Assembly (NCBI GenBank): GCA_047495785.1
Contig: JBLDXI010000007.1
Coordinates: 2,480,001-2,544,000 of the forward strand
Direction: 5' to 3'
DNA from: Lepidodermella squamata
Lineage: Eukaryota; Animalia; Gastrotricha
Length of the DNA stretch: 64,000 bases
Positions within the stretch are counted from its first letter, which is position 1; the number at the start of each line of letters is the position of its first letter. A model generated the notes under the pieces. That model made no database searches. It was given only the letters and a program-made list of their open reading frames with translations, and was not told the origin of the DNA. Below are positions 1-13,868 of this stretch, in pieces. Position numbers and translations under genes: made by a program.

Positions 1-191
1 AATGGCCCTGAAGACAATAAATAAACCAGATTAAAAAATGAGGTAGCCACGAGAGAAAATAAATGACCCAATTTAAAACGAACACGCGACCGCAGGGAGC
101 GTGTCCCAGATTGAATTAAAGAGTTAAAATGAAACCGCAAATACGCAAGAACAATGCGCCGAGCGCTCCCAATAATTATTTAAAAATATTA

Positions 192-417
192 CTCGCGCCG
201 ACGAAGGAGGCGCGTCCACAAAAAATTAAACAAAAATTACACGAAATAAGGTAATAATATTTTGTCTGATTTTCCCGATTTTAGTAGCAACAAACCAGAC
301 CCAATTGGACGCTTCTCGGCCTTGATGGCTATAGATCAAAAATGTAGAAATGAGAAGGATGGGTCAGTTGGTAGAAATTAAAATAGCGCGCTCGCGCCGA
401 CGAAGGAGGCGCGTCCA
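192..417. repeat. Direct repeat (~200 bp period) with 27-bp identical core CTCGCGCCGACGAAGGAGGCGCGTCCA
   Basis: Core at 192-218 and 391-417; the following AT-rich tracts (aaaattaaa...tctgatttt..ccgatttt) are also similar. Confidence 0.75.
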
Positions 418-978
418 ATAAAAATTAAAATTAAAATCTCAAAACAAGAAATATTATTTCTGATTTTACCGATTTTTAAGGTAATAAATACGGTTTCATG
501 TTTGAGTACAGCGTCCCGCGCGCGCTAATAACCTCAATCAAGGTGCGCGCACTATTCCCTATATTATATATGTTTGAGTACGGGCGCGGTAATTATCGGC
601 GATTTAATTACTGGTCCTTACTAGGTCGTGCAAGATCCGTCGTGCACAGCTAAATTTTAAACGCGACAAATTGTAAATAAATGATCTGATCCATTACATA
701 GACCTCCTTAGCCCGATAATGCTGATATAAAATTTAACCGGTTTATTCTGCCCGGTTATTTTTAAAATCGACCGAAATGATTTTTAAAGCCTGACAAAAG
801 TGAGACTGACATTTTCATCGTGCACGGCCGTCGTGCACACTATATAATAATGCCCAATGTGCACGATAGAAAAGTGTATAACGTATTATTTCAGTTGCAA
901 AAAAATCTGTTATATGAATGGGATTAGGAGGCGCGCGCCTGTTTCTCTTCGAAATCGTAGTATTTTAAGATTTTTTAA

Positions 979-2601
979 ATGCAAATTTTACGAGGCATGA
1001 TTTCTATCGTTCGATTATCGAAAGTCGTACCTTTCGTCATACTCTTATTAATTATCGGCCTGTTCTCTATCCATCCTCTTAATCTAAATATTAAAGGTCA
1101 AAATCAAGTAATTTTGTTCGGAGCTCGCTACCCTATTAGTATCAAAAGCCGGAGCTTACAAAATGAATCGACCAATCTTGGAGCTTTCAAGAACATTACC
1201 AATGTATCCGACTACCTTCTCAGAGATGGTAATGATGGTTTTGGCATGAATTCAAGTTATGAAGACGTGAAAGAGGAGCTCGACTTTCGACGCAGAATGG
1301 CCAGCGATTTAGCTGCCTCAATTTTGGAGCATTCAATAAATTATATAAATTCAAGATTATCCAATATTGAACCCTTAAAGGTAAAGCTGAACTTTTTTAA
1401 TGCTGATAAAAATTGTGACAAAAATTAGTAATTTAATCTTATATTGTTATAGGTTTTGGCTTATAGATGCAACAAAGCTGGGCACGTTTGCGGGGGACTC
1501 GGCGATCGGCTAAAAGGACTTACAAGCGTATTTTACCTTTCTATCGGCCTTCAACGACTACTTCATGTAGACTGGACCTACTTGAACCGGCTCGATGACT
1601 ACTTCAAAAACAGTCTAACCATCTCGTTAAATCAAACCGTTAAAGATGGTGAACAATTTCGGAAAAATCCTTACTACTTCCGGAATGGCGAGGAGCAGTT
1701 GAATTTCCTGAATTGGGGCTCCGGTCAAAGCTTAGCTCGAGAATTATCGCAAGATTCCTACGTCTCGATAGTTACAAACCAGCTTATCGGCACTGAAGCT
1801 GCCCTGAAAAATCCTGACTTTCAAAATAATTTCCTTCAAATTATCAACCCAATAGTTCGAAATTCTACGTCGAAAATCGACGGCTCGGTCTTTGTTTCGG
1901 CCGCGCTGAGGCTTGTAACCAGCCATCCGGAGCCGAGACTGAAAGATTTGTTCGAAAAATGCGTTGTAAATGCTAGTGGAGGTTGGAAATTTTGGTTGAA
2001 TTCGCGTAAAATCGGCGTTCAAATTCGACACTGTGAAAAACGAAATCGGCGCCTCAAACTCGATCAAGTTTCGTGCTACGCTGCTCGAGCGGCTAAAATT
2101 CCTCGAAAAAATGAGACAACTTTGATTTTTCTGACCACTGACGAACAAGTTAAAGAAACAATCGATTTATTCAAGGAAGAATTTTCGGCAAATTTCGGCG
2201 GTGATTTTAAATTAATTACAAGTTCGGATATTTGCCCCGAATTAAAAGCGAGACATTCCGACCGAAAACAAGGCGGCCGGACTCAGGGCAGTGAAAAATG
2301 GATGGCTGATGCTAAAACGTTCCTCGATTGGTATGTTTTGACTAAAATGGACGATTTAGTCATATCGAGGAGTGGATACGGCGAAACGGCTTCCTTGCGA
2401 TCTTTGATTCCGACTTATCGCTTCGAATTCGGCCAATTTAAATCGTCGGTGAAAATCGGCGTTGAAGGGCGGAAAATCAGTCACGGTTATGGGCCATTGG
2501 TGATTGACCGGCCGAAAACTCCAAATAATTTACAGTGCAAATTCCATTTATACAACAGGATTGGAGATAATTTTGGTGATGAGACTATAGAAATTTCGTA
2601 A
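979..2601 (+). CDS. GDP-fucose-dependent fucosyltransferase superfamily protein, paralog 1 (type II membrane; exons 979-1380, 1453-2601; ~516 aa)
   Basis: N-terminal TM segment; phase-0 intron AAG|GTAAAG...TTATAG|GTT joins the two ORFs in frame; motifs CGGLGDR, IGVQIR, IFLTTD, FLDWYVL..MDDLVISRSGYG typical of alpha-1,2/alpha-1,6/O-fucosyltransferase GT-B enzymes. Confidence 0.85.
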
Positions 2602-2653
2602 ATTTAGAAATTATTTATTAATTTTTTTAATTAATTCAGATTTAATTTATTAG

Positions 2654-4351
2654 ATGAAAAATATTAAGAAAATGGTGGCTAAAGGTAACCGTTTCATCTT
2701 GGCAATGACTGGCGTGATTTTTCTTGCTGCAATCTCACATATTTGCGCCAATCGACGCGATGAAAGTGAGATTCATCCAGGTGTTAATGAATTCGTCTCA
2801 GATCATGATGTTGGCTTCAGAAATTCGACCTTTGAATCGATAAGTGAAGATTGTGTCCATCGAAACAATGCGGCGAATCGGCTTGTTGATGTGATCAAGT
2901 CGAATTTCATTAATTTGTTGAAGTCGAAACAAGCGAAGAGTGAACAGTTGAAGGTATGAAATTTCACCTTGAATTCTGAATAAAAAATAATTAATATATT
3001 CTAAATTGTAACACACCTCATGAAAATAGGGGTTACTTTTGAGGGTTTAAGGCCTCATTTTAAAATTTGCCCTTGAGATTTTATATCACGTTTTAAAGAT
3101 AGTTGGAAATCATTTATTTACTGTTTAGGAGAAATAGGAGAACATTATTAGAAAATTAAACATTTCGATTTCCTCCTGCAGATTTTGGCCTATGAATGTT
3201 CGAAATGGGACCAATTTTGCGGCGGTTTCGGAGACCGGCTCAACGGCGTTGTCGGTCTTTTCTACCTCGCAATCAGCCTCGGTCGGATCTATCGCGTAAA
3301 ATGGACTTATCTACAACAGCTTGACGATTATTTCCAGCCGAATTACCCTAATAACCTGTACAATTTAACAAATATCGAGTACGATAAACTGGTGAAATCG
3401 GTCGAAAAATCAGGCAACAAGACTCGATTTGTCTTCCGAGATCAGAATGACCTGTTCAAATGGGCTTCGAATCCTCAATTGAAGGAACAACTCGATAATT
3501 CGAGCTATGTGGCTGTTTCTTCAAACAGTCTGACCGGTATCAAAGCAGCCTTGGGCAACCCTGAAATTCGCCAAAATTTCGAAGAAAATATCGGAAATTT
3601 GTCACAAATAGACGGATCTGCCTTTGTTTCAGCTGCTTTACGGATGATAATCACTGAACCGGAACGAAGGCTTCAAGAAATGTTCGAAAAATGTGTTATC
3701 AAGCCAGTCGATGGCTTCGAAAAATGGCAATCGGCCTATAAAATCGGGGTTCAAATCAGGCGTGGCGAGTTGCGATTCAGACGCGTCACGCTTCACCAAG
3801 TTTCATGCTTCGCCGCTTCCGTCGCCCAGACAATTCGCCGAATTTCCGAGAAAAATCCGGAAATTTTAATTTTTCTAACCATCGACGAACACGTCGAACA
3901 CTCTGCCGAGGTATTTCGCGCTGAATTGAGCGCCCAAATTGCTGATGTTAATTACCGAATCATCACCAGTTCTGATGCTTGTCCTGAATTAATTGCCCGC
4001 CACTCGAATCATCATCTTCGCGCGAAAAGCAGGGAAAAATTCGGTTACAATGACAAGAATTCGTGGCTGGTTTACGCGAAAACATATCTCGACTGGTACG
4101 TCCTGTCACGCATGGATGAATTGGTCATTACCAGGAGTGGCTACGGCGAGACGGCATCTTTGTGTTCATTGGTTCCAACGTTACGTTTTGAGCATGGCGA
4201 ATTCGAAATTGTAGGCGCGAAAAATCATGGCTACGGTCCAGCGGTTACAATCTCCCCTAAAACTAAGAACATTACTTGTCGATTTCATTTTTACAATAAA
4301 ATTGGTGATAATTTTGAGTATGAACTCATGAGATGGAACAATAAATTTTGA
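2654..4351 (+). CDS. Fucosyltransferase superfamily protein, paralog 2 (exons 2654-2953, 3182-4351)
   Basis: Same intron position (AAG|GTATGA...CTGCAG|ATT); CGGFGDR, IGVQIRRG, IFLTID, YLDWYVLS..SGYG motifs; N-terminal hydrophobic anchor. Confidence 0.85.
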
Positions 4352-4512
4352 AATTTGTCAAATTTTCGATGATTTTTTCAACTTTTTCATCAATGGCTTC
4401 AATTTTTTATATTTATGAATTAGCGCGAATCGATCAAGGGGGGATTCTCGGAGTAAATAAAAAATTCACGCACTGATTGATTTATTGATTGTGAATTGTT
4501 GATTGATAAATT

Positions 4513-6108
4513 ATGCTTTACAATCGCGTTTTACTATTCCCGATCGCCTTTATTTGTTTGATTTTCATCATTTTGTCAATTCATTTCGCCGCAAATTTGT
4601 ATTCGAACGAGTCGAACTTTTCCTCCTTCACTGATCATTTTTATGAAGATTACGAAGCCTTTGAGTTTGCTTCGCGAGACAACAATGTTGGTTTTGGGAA
4701 GAACCCAACCTTCGAATTGATACTGGCCGAAACAAAAGTTCGGAAACAAGCGGCAAGCCTCTTGGCTGTTTCGATTCAAAACTACATGGCGAAATTTATC
4801 AAATCAAAAATAGAAAATGGCCAAATGATTAAGGTAGAAGGGATTTTTTCAATTAATTAAAATTCAGCAATTTTTCATTCATGTCACATCAATTTATTTC
4901 AGGTTCTAGCCTACGAATGTTCGAATGCGAACCAAAATTGCGGCGGCTTGGGTGATCGATTTAACGGCTTGATCAGCGCCTTCTACCTAGCTATAGGCCT
5001 CCGCCGCCTTCTCCACGTTGATTGGACCTACCACAGTCGTCTCGACGATTATTTCCCATTCGGAATAAACTCTAATCTCTACAATTTGTCTCGAAGCGAC
5101 TACAACGAATTGATTGAGGATTCAGTGAATAACGGGCCGAGTTTACGATTCGATTTCCTACACTACTCCGATCAGCCTTTATTCCTAAAATGGGGCTCAT
5201 TTCGTGGGTTAAGGTCAAATATGGCTGAATCTGGCTACGTTTCATTGGTAACGAACGAATTAATCGGAGTTGAAGCCGCGTTGGAAAATTCTGGTTTTTC
5301 AAGAATTTTCCGTAAAATATTCAAGCCGATACAAAAATTGGGAAAAGTCGATGGATCAGTGATGGTTTCAGCAGTTTTACGAATCATCGCCAGTCAACCG
5401 CATCGAAGACTCGCAGTAATTTTTGAAAATTGCGTCATCGAAAGGGCCGGTGGTTGGGAGAATTGGATCGATGCTCACAAAGTTGGTGTTCAAATCCGAC
5501 GTGGTGAATCAGGATTTCGACGCGTTACCATGCAACAAGTTTCATGCTTCGCTGCTGTCGTTGCTTCAATAATTCGCCGAAAATCGAATAAAAATAGAAA
5601 AATCCTAATTTTTCTCACAATTGACGAATTCGTGGAAGAAACAACGGCTATTTTTGAAATGGAAATCGAAGCGCAAATGTTGAAAAATTCGTATAAAATT
5701 ATCTCAAGTTCCGATGATTGCCCGGAATTGAAATCTGCTCATTTGGATAAATTTCCTAGTTCAAGCAGTGAAAATTCGGTGTTGCCTTACGCCAAATCTT
5801 ATTTGGACTGGTTTACGCTGTCGCGAATGGACGAATTAGTCATTTCGAGGAGTGGCTATGGCGAAAGTGCGTCACTTTTTTCGTTGATGCCGACTTTAAG
5901 ATTGGAACATGGCCGGTTTAAGCGAACGACGTTGGACGATGTTAAGCCGCCTCGTCACGGCTATGGAATGAGGGGGCGAGTGCGGTCGAAAAATTGGCCG
6001 GCATTGGCATGTAACTTTCATTTCTACAACCGTATTGGTGATAATTTTGGTTTCGAAGTCATGACATGGAATAATGATAATAATAATCGAGAAATGTCAG
6101 CTAGTTGA
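4513..6108 (+). CDS. Fucosyltransferase superfamily protein, paralog 3 (exons 4513-4833, 4903-6108)
   Basis: Same intron position (AAG|GTAGAA...TTTCAG|GTT) restores VLAYECSNANQNCGGLGDR; VGVQIRRG, IFLTID, YLDWFTLS..SGYG motifs. Confidence 0.85.
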
Positions 6109-6693
6109 AATAAAAAATAAATCGGCCACAATAATTATAGAAAAATCACCAGTAAAAAGCCCATTTCGATCCGCTACAACGTGTTTGGTTCCGATACAGC
6201 CAATTTGGTTCCGCTAAAAGATATTTCGAAAAATTAATATCATCTGAAAATCTCAAATTAATTAAAAATCCCATCATCTTAATAAGGGGCATCAACGATC
6301 GGGTAAGATGAAAGCAGAAGTCACAAAAAATTAGAAAACAATACCGAGAAAATCCGAAAAATCCGAAAAATTATTGTTTCGTTAATAGGCTGGATTTATC
6401 CTGGAATACTTGTCAAAAATTACCTGGCTATTAAATTTTGCTAAAAATTAGTTGCTCAAAGGTTGCTGAAGTATATGAAGTCAGTAAATTTTTCAGAAAA
6501 AAACGGGAAACCACCTTGCCAACCCTTGCAAATTTTCGGAATGTGTTGAGCTAAAATAATGCGGTAATTAAAGGAGAGATTTTATTTTGAGTGATTAATC
6601 ATCGCTCGGTGTTAGAAACAATGCCAAGGCTGATTATTAATTTTCGAAAATAGGGTTTTCCCAAGTTACCCGGGATAACTTGGGATCATTAGT

Positions 6694-6864
6694 ATGGATG
6701 TGGCTATGTGAACACAGGAAAAGTGTATCGCCCAATGGCTATTCGTACACAAAGTGCGTGACACACAGCCAAATTTAAGCGCGCGCTGTGTTCAAGTAGC
6801 CAATCACGCACACACAATAGCCAATAGGTAATACACAATCCTGTGTTCACATAGCCATGTCCAT
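6694..6864. mobile_element. Small MITE (~170 bp)
   Basis: TIRs ATGGATGTGGCTATGTGAACACAGGA / TCCTGTGTTCACATAGCCATGTCCAT; flanked by TAGT on both sides. Confidence 0.7.
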
Positions 6865-6977
6865 TAGTTGTTAGCACAGGATTTTAAGCTTCATCAGCTT
6901 CACAAGAATCAAATTATTTGATTAAAATCTTGAATCAATCATTGCCATTGTTCGTTTACATAACGGTGTTGATCAAC

Positions 6978-7671
6978 TCAGCTCTCGCTGTTGTCAATCT
7001 GTCGTAGCAATGCGGCTGTAGCTTGCCTTCTGGCTTTTTCAGCCTCTTCCGATGCTTTCACTATTGTTTTCTGCAATTGACGTTTGCATTCCTGTGCAAC
7101 CTCGATTTTGTGCAGAACTTCTAACGCTTGGTTCCTCACCTTGTAAGCTGTTAATCCAACGTAACATGTAACGTAATATTCAAGCAGAACAAGTACATGA
7201 AACATCCAAAGAAAGTCCTTATCAGGCGGCGAGACTGCAGTTGCGGGGACCACCGGGTGAAGCAGTAAGATAATCAAGTGAATTGAAAAAATTATCGTCG
7301 CTGGAACCACTCCCAGTTTGCTGGCCGCTGCAAGCATCTTCATTGCCTCTTGTCCACGCGTCACATTCGCGCTGTGCATTTCCAACGCAAGTCATCGCCG
7401 AACAAGCCTCTGAGGAAGCAAGCGACGCGTATATAACAGCCTTTTTCGTATTATTTTGGCCCGTGATTTGTTGAGCGTATTCTGCGCTACTGTTCGAATA
7501 CTTTCCAGCTTCTTCCAAATAGCTTTCTATAGATGACTCCATCGCCAATGTGTCGAGATAATTTGTCGTACTTGTGTTTTTAAGCTTCTTCGAGGCGTAC
7601 CGGAGGGCTGCTGCAGCGACAATCACATTTTCAAGGACCATTTCAAAGGCAGACAAACGGCAAAGACACAA
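6978..7671 (-). other. Possible uncharacterised helical/2-TM protein gene, frameshifted or with unresolved splicing
   Basis: Two overlapping same-strand ORFs (7222-7671, 6978-7385) with protein-like Ala-rich helical composition and two hydrophobic segments; no recognisable family or start. Confidence 0.3.
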
Positions 7672-10425
7672 ATAATCCTAGTTGACAAACCTAAGAAATA
7701 ATAACATGTTCTTCAAGTTTTCGAGACTTATGAAAGGCTGTCACGAAATATATTGATCGCACATATCAAGGTGAACCGGATTCTCTCCGTGGGCCGTCAC
7801 CCTCGGGCAGACCCTGAGTTCCCTGATTTACAGAACAAGCAGGAATTTTCTATAGAATTTCGAAGTTCCTAGCCAATAAAATTCTAGGCTATGAAAAGTA
7901 TGAAATCCGAATGAGCTGATTCGATATTTTTTACGGTATTTGTTACATAAAAAGCATTACATATATACATACATGGGATTCAATATACCTATTATATCAT
8001 CCCATACCATCTGTTGGATGTAACTAGGATGAATGCAATCTAGGTTATTGGCACAATATGTGATACCCTGTCATGCAATGGCTAATAGATTTAAGATTAT
8101 AAGATGTTGTTGGCAGCGCGGCAGAAGAAACCTCTAGGCTTGTTTATATGACGTCAGACGGTAAAAGTCAATGCGGTCGAAAAATATTGTCCGATATTCA
8201 TATCCATATGCTTCAACTACCGTGTTTGCTCGTACTTAAGCTTAAGACTAGTCTTATGCTCGTGTACATTTCGGAAAAATGACCCTGTTGAAACAAAATC
8301 CGAATATAAGGCTCTATAAGAAGTACTGCATGAATATTCGGATGCACACGAATAGTGGGATCCCGCCTTTCATTAGTGTCAGCCTTATGTACGATCAAAT
8401 ACGGTAGCATGCGGTCAAATATTACTTATCTTATAGTAAGAGAATGCTAATGTAATAACAGTAAAAAAGGAATTATTACTAATGTATTACTAATGTTTTA
8501 CTAATTTAATACATAACAGTAAAAAAGGAAGTAAGTTAAATGAAATTGCTGTTAACAAGTGACGAGTGGGGTTTGGCGTAATTTCTGTATTTTCCAGCAA
8601 ATGGCAAAAAAATTTTTGGCTGGAAGATAGACGATTCTTGGATCTCTAGATTTCCTTACTTCGTTTTTCTCAAGGATTTTGATTTTTTTTAAATAAGACC
8701 TCTATAGGACGCTCACGTCCACATCAAAGGCCATGAGACCCCAAAGTGTCACTGAAATGGCTTTTGCATATCAATTTAGGTTGACGTGCAATAATTACCT
8801 TGATTCCATCAACATTTTTGAAAGCAGCATCAAAATCTCACGATGTCAAAAATGTTGCCAAACCACATTTTTCACTTGTTAATGGTCAAATGTAACAAAT
8901 ATGCATATTAATGATATTTTTTGATGTTTAATCATGGTATTATACGGGTTCATGGCAATGAATTTTACTGCAGTCTGTGACGAGGTTCACACGTAGTGTT
9001 CACACGTAGAAACACGTATATAGCGATTGTAGAAAGCGGAAAGCATCTTGTCGGCAAGTTTAGCTGAAAGCTTTTTTTAACAAACAAAATGGGAAAAAGT
9101 AGTTCGGACTAAGTGCAACGTCGTTGGCGGTAAAATTGACAACAAAATTAAACCAGCCTAGATTAGAGGTCAAACGTCTTTAATCCACCTAGCAGTTTAT
9201 TTATTAGGACAGTTTCGTCCCTCCTCCAGCGCGCCCCGGACAAGGCATGGCGTGACTATTACCGTAATTTTCAGTATAAAGGCCGCGACGAGTAACTTTC
9301 CTGTTTTTCGAGAAATGGGTAAAAAATGTGGCGATTAATCGGGTGCGGTCTTTATTCGAGTGCGGCCCTTATTTTCCCCAAGGTTTGATTTTAAAAGGCA
9401 ACATCGGTATTGCGGCATAATAACTGCTTTTGATTGACCATACATTTTATTGTATTATATTGCGCGCGCTAATAACATTTATGCTATTATGCGCGCGAAT
9501 GCCCCAATATGCGCGTTCTGTTTTATATAAACAAGCGTAAACCAGCAACGCAGCAACGCTTATTAGCTTAATTGCCAGAAATTATTTTTTCTTTTTGTTC
9601 TTTCTTTTCTTCTTTCTTTCTTTTTGTTGGAGCGGATTAAGTGGAAAAATGTCTCAAATCAGTGAAACGTTAAAACTGCAGTTTCAATTTTGTTATAATA
9701 GTCACCACCAACGAAAAGGGGAAACAATACGGCAAAAAGCGGCTAATGTAGACAACCCGTTGATATACTGACATTCTAGCCAATTAAAGTAGTAAGACAC
9801 TTGCTTTCAATAAAATCTCGAGAAATCTATTGAGATACAGCGAAAATTACAATGAGATACTAGTCACTCATCATTGTATCAGATTGATCTCCTCAGTAGA
9901 GTGTCATCTTGGTTGCCGGTGGATGAAACAATTTTGTTTGCGGATTTTACCGAAAGCAAGCGAAAAGCGAGGAAATTTTAAAGATTTTCCACTAACTCTG
10001 ATCACTCTGTTCATCTTGAACTAAGCTTGGAATTAATTTTAAATGTTTGGAACCATGCTGATGTTGTATACAATTTCTTGCATTCAAGAAATCTGAAAGA
10101 CTGGTACCAAGACAGGGGAAAATCGAGGAGGCTGGGTTGCAATTTTAACTTTTAGGTAGTCTCATAAGATGTTCTGCATCATCCACAGCAAAAATTGGAA
10201 ATAAGTTTCAAGTTTGAATTTTCTCGTCAAAATCTTGATTTAGAGAAAATGAAAATGATGAAATGATTTCTCCAAGCTGGTATTCCTGTTTAGTTTTTCA
10301 GCGACTATTGGCGATATTTTACTACTAAAAGTTGCGTGTGCTCGCGTTAATATGAATCAGGAATTCATTACTGCAGAATTTGCGACTCAGTTTTCGTCTT
10401 CAAACCAACGAGCGCGCTTAGGATA

Positions 10426-10855
10426 CTGTATTTTTTCGAATAAGGGCCGCGGCGACTATTTTCCTGATTTTTCGAAAAAGGCCTAAAAACGCGGCGATTA
10501 TTCGGGTGCGGCCTTTATTTACCCCACTTTGTAGTTATCCTTATTAATCTGATCAAAAATGAGCATTTCAAGTTACTTGGGCGCCTTAAATCCGATTTCT
10601 TGAGGGTTCTAACGTTGCAGGTGTCTCGTGGGCGGCAAGGGGCGTCTTGTAGGGCTTAAGGAGTGATTAAGATGTAGGTACTCCAGCTAAGCTGAAGCAC
10701 AACATGGGCCATCTATGTGGGCCACCCACTTACGCTTATGTCGCGCGCTGATTATTCGGGTGCGGCCTTTATTTTTCCGGTAAAGCTACAAGTTTGCAGC
10801 GATTAATCGGGTGCGGCGTTTATTCGGGGTGCGGCCCTTATTCGAAAAAATACGG
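10426..10855. mobile_element. Tc1/mariner-pogo-type MITE
   Basis: TIRs CTGTATTTTTTCGAATAAGGGCCGC / GCGGCCCTTATTCGAAAAAATACGG, TA flanks, internal ATTCGGGTGCGGC repeats. Confidence 0.85.
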
Positions 10856-12846
10856 TAAATGGTTTACTGATCGCCTCAACTTGGCTTAAAAAGACAATAA
10901 TTATTGGCTGAACATTGATGAATTTCACGGAATAAATTAGATATTATTAGGATTCAGCGAAAAATTCAGGTGATTGTGCATATTTGCGCACGTTAATCTT
11001 CCAAAATGAAGAAGAATTGCGATAGAAAAGTTTAACTGTGTGAGTGCGCGCGCCTAAGAACAGCCCGTGTGCTCTCAAATCTGCGCGCTGCAAGTCGAAA
11101 GGTGTAGTAAATGCGCGAGGTTGTGCGCGCGCAGCTGAAAAGCCCACACAAACACACAGGCGTGCGCACTAACAAACATATTTTTTCCCGCAATTTATTC
11201 CCCATTTCATTTGTGGTCGCGCTAAAACATGCAGCCTAGCTCAACCTTTCACGCTGAAACCGAATATCTAATTTATTTTGTGAAATAAGTCTTGATTTTC
11301 TTTCATAATGAAGGTTAGAATTTCCCCCAATTTCAAACATTCCATGGCCTTGAATATATCAGTATATTTTTGTCTAGTGCCAGTTCTATAGGTAGGGAAG
11401 ACATAGCGGCAATTAACAATTCTTTTAGCTTTTGAATCTTTGATTTCGGATACAGCTTTTTGCAAAAGTGAATTTGACGGAAGCTGACCTATGTTTTCGA
11501 TAACCAACCCTGTTTCCTGCAAACCAATTCCTCTACAACGCGGATAAATCAGTCCGCTAGCAAGTCCGCGCACCGTCATTCGTTTCTTGCATGCCGTAAG
11601 CTTGCTGTTGGACTCGGGAGAGCCATTTGTAGCAGTCAATTGTTATAAAACATGAATGTTCACCTCGCAGTTTGTTACTGGCAACTATATTATATATTAA
11701 ATGGGACGCTAATGCAGTGCTCCGCAAACTTTTTCACCCCTGTCATTTTTGGCGGCCGGAAAGCCTTGCTTCAGCCGCAGTAACGAACTGGCCCTTCTCC
11801 GGCCGCACAGGCATTGGCAATTCCCTTTCATCGGCCGCAAATTTAGTTTTTAGCTGCAAGCCACTTTTTTACATGACGAATTTTCTTCCGCAATAGTTCT
11901 ATGCGCTTAGTGAAGGCAGTTAATTAACAGAGGCCTTAGAAGCAAACTTCAACTACCTAAACCGACGATTTGCCACAACTTGAGTCAACAAAAACGACTC
12001 CTTCCTAAGCGATCCTAATAGCTCAGCACAGTTCTGACCCGCGAATGATAACTCTGACCCGCGCATGGCTCCCGCGGTCTTTAATTTAATTCACGCAATT
12101 TGTTTTGCCGTTTCGCTTTACTAATTAAACTAAGGTGAGGAAAAGTGCTCAATACTTGCAAATTGGACCCAGGAAACCAGAGGCTGCTTTTACTCGCGAG
12201 CAAATCGAGCTTGGACTAACGGTATTTCACAGGAATATTTGCTGAAAATAGTCTAGAATAGGCTGATTTTTGCGTCATGATCGAAGGAAACGGGGTAGCC
12301 AGCCGCATTCAAGCCACCATTCGAGAAAATCTTCCCGGCCGCATGCGGCCGTAGAAACCGGGTTTGAGGAGCACTGCGCTAATACAATTCGCGAATGGGC
12401 TTGGATTTGAATAATTATGGGAAGCGCCTATACACTCGCATCTCTCATCGCAAGCAAAGATGCTCAATATTAATTTAAAAGAATTCGTAGTAATTCTCTC
12501 ATCAATGGTATTGTCGAATTTGAAAATAATGGGGAAAACGCGATAAAAACCGCAACGCCGCCTTATAATACGGATACATACATACGCAACCTCAGCGAAA
12601 ATCGCGTGGTTTTCTCTTATTATATGACGGGGGAACGTAAAGCGTTCCACCGTTAGTGTTTTACTTTTTGTTTGTCCTGGTGTCCGCGCCCGTTTTGCGC
12701 ACGGTGGCCAACGTCGCGCTCCATCGTTAACTCGCGCAATTTTATTTATTGCGCGCACTTTTATTACCTAGCGATAGTTAAATTTGCCTTCTAATTAAGC
12801 TTCTCATGAATTTGCCAATGCCCAAGTCGGAAATCAGCTGAAAATG

Positions 12847-13478
12847 GGTGTTACGACAAGGTAGCCCAAGACAGAATAGTCCCGACAAGTTATCACCGAC
12901 TAGATAGCCCCGCGACAACTTATCAATTAAAAAATCAAATTTTTGGGCGACAAGGTAGCCCCTGCCAAAATAGCAAAAATTCGACGACAATTTAGCCCCG
13001 ACAAATTAGCCAAGAACATTCGAGCACAAATTGAATAAATTTATTTCCATATTTTCGTTGTATTACTAGTTTAAAAACGACAATTCAGCTAGTAGCGTAT
13101 GTTAGAGAATGGAATGAATGAGTTGTAGCCACCAGAAAGAGAGCCCGAGTTCACGACTACATTTAAACCAGCGGCGCCCAGGTTTTTAAACCTGAATTCG
13201 GCGCCTATGTGCATTGTTTACGCGTTAATTAGCTGACTTGGCGGTAAATAAGCAGTGTTATCGCGCTAATGAGTCGTGTGTTAGAATGTCGTGTGTTGAA
13301 TTGTCGCTGGATTAATTTCGGGCCAAAAAGTCGCGAATGAATTGTCGCGGAGAAAAATAATTTTTATTCGGGACGAATTGTCACGGGCTATTTTGTTTTC
13401 GGGATAGCCAGTCCGGTCTATTTTGTCGGGGCTATTTTGTCGGGATTATTTTGTCTTGGGCTCACTTGTCGTATAACC
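12847..13478. mobile_element. Foldback-like MITE with 8-bp TSD
   Basis: Imperfect long TIRs (GGTGTTACGACAAG..GCCCAAGACA / TGTCTTGGGC..CTTGTCGTATAACC) built of CGACAA..TAGCCC subrepeats; TGAAAATG on both flanks. Confidence 0.75.
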
Positions 13479-13527
13479 TGAAAATGCCATAGCTAATATA
13501 TTAAAATTGAAAATCCTATGACATATT

Positions 13528-13868
13528 GGTTCTATGTCAATTGAGCAAACGAAAATTGAGCAACGAAAATTGAGCAAGGGCTTTTGAGCAACGATATTAG
13601 AGCAAACGAAATTAGAGCAAAACGAAATTAGAGCAAACGAAATTAGAGCAAAACGACTTTTGAGCAAAATGAGATTACCGCAAAATAACACCAGAGCAAA
13701 TTTTGTTTACAATAAATAAGAGCTAGAATTAATTATTAAATTTGCTCTCGTGTCGTTTTGCGGTAATCTCATTTTGCTCTAATTTCGTTTTGCTCTAATT
13801 TCGTTTGCTCTAACATCGTTGCTCAAAAGCCCTTGCTCAATTTTCGTTTGCTCAATTGACATAGAACC
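13528..13868. mobile_element. Foldback-like MITE made of ~15-bp subrepeats
   Basis: TIR GGTTCTATGTCAATTGAGCAAACGAAAATTGAGCAA; (ATTAGAGCAAACGAA)n arms inverted; flanks GACATATT / GACATATG. Confidence 0.8.

Noticed and set aside
2598-2653. Possible cis-intron fusing fucosyltransferase 1 and 2
   Set aside because: Splicing GTAAAT(2598) to AG(2653) gives TCA TGA, an immediate stop; no fusion protein
13540-13860. Short regularly spaced repeats resembling a CRISPR array
   Set aside because: No unique spacers, arms are inverted, no cas genes, eukaryotic context; it is a foldback MITE
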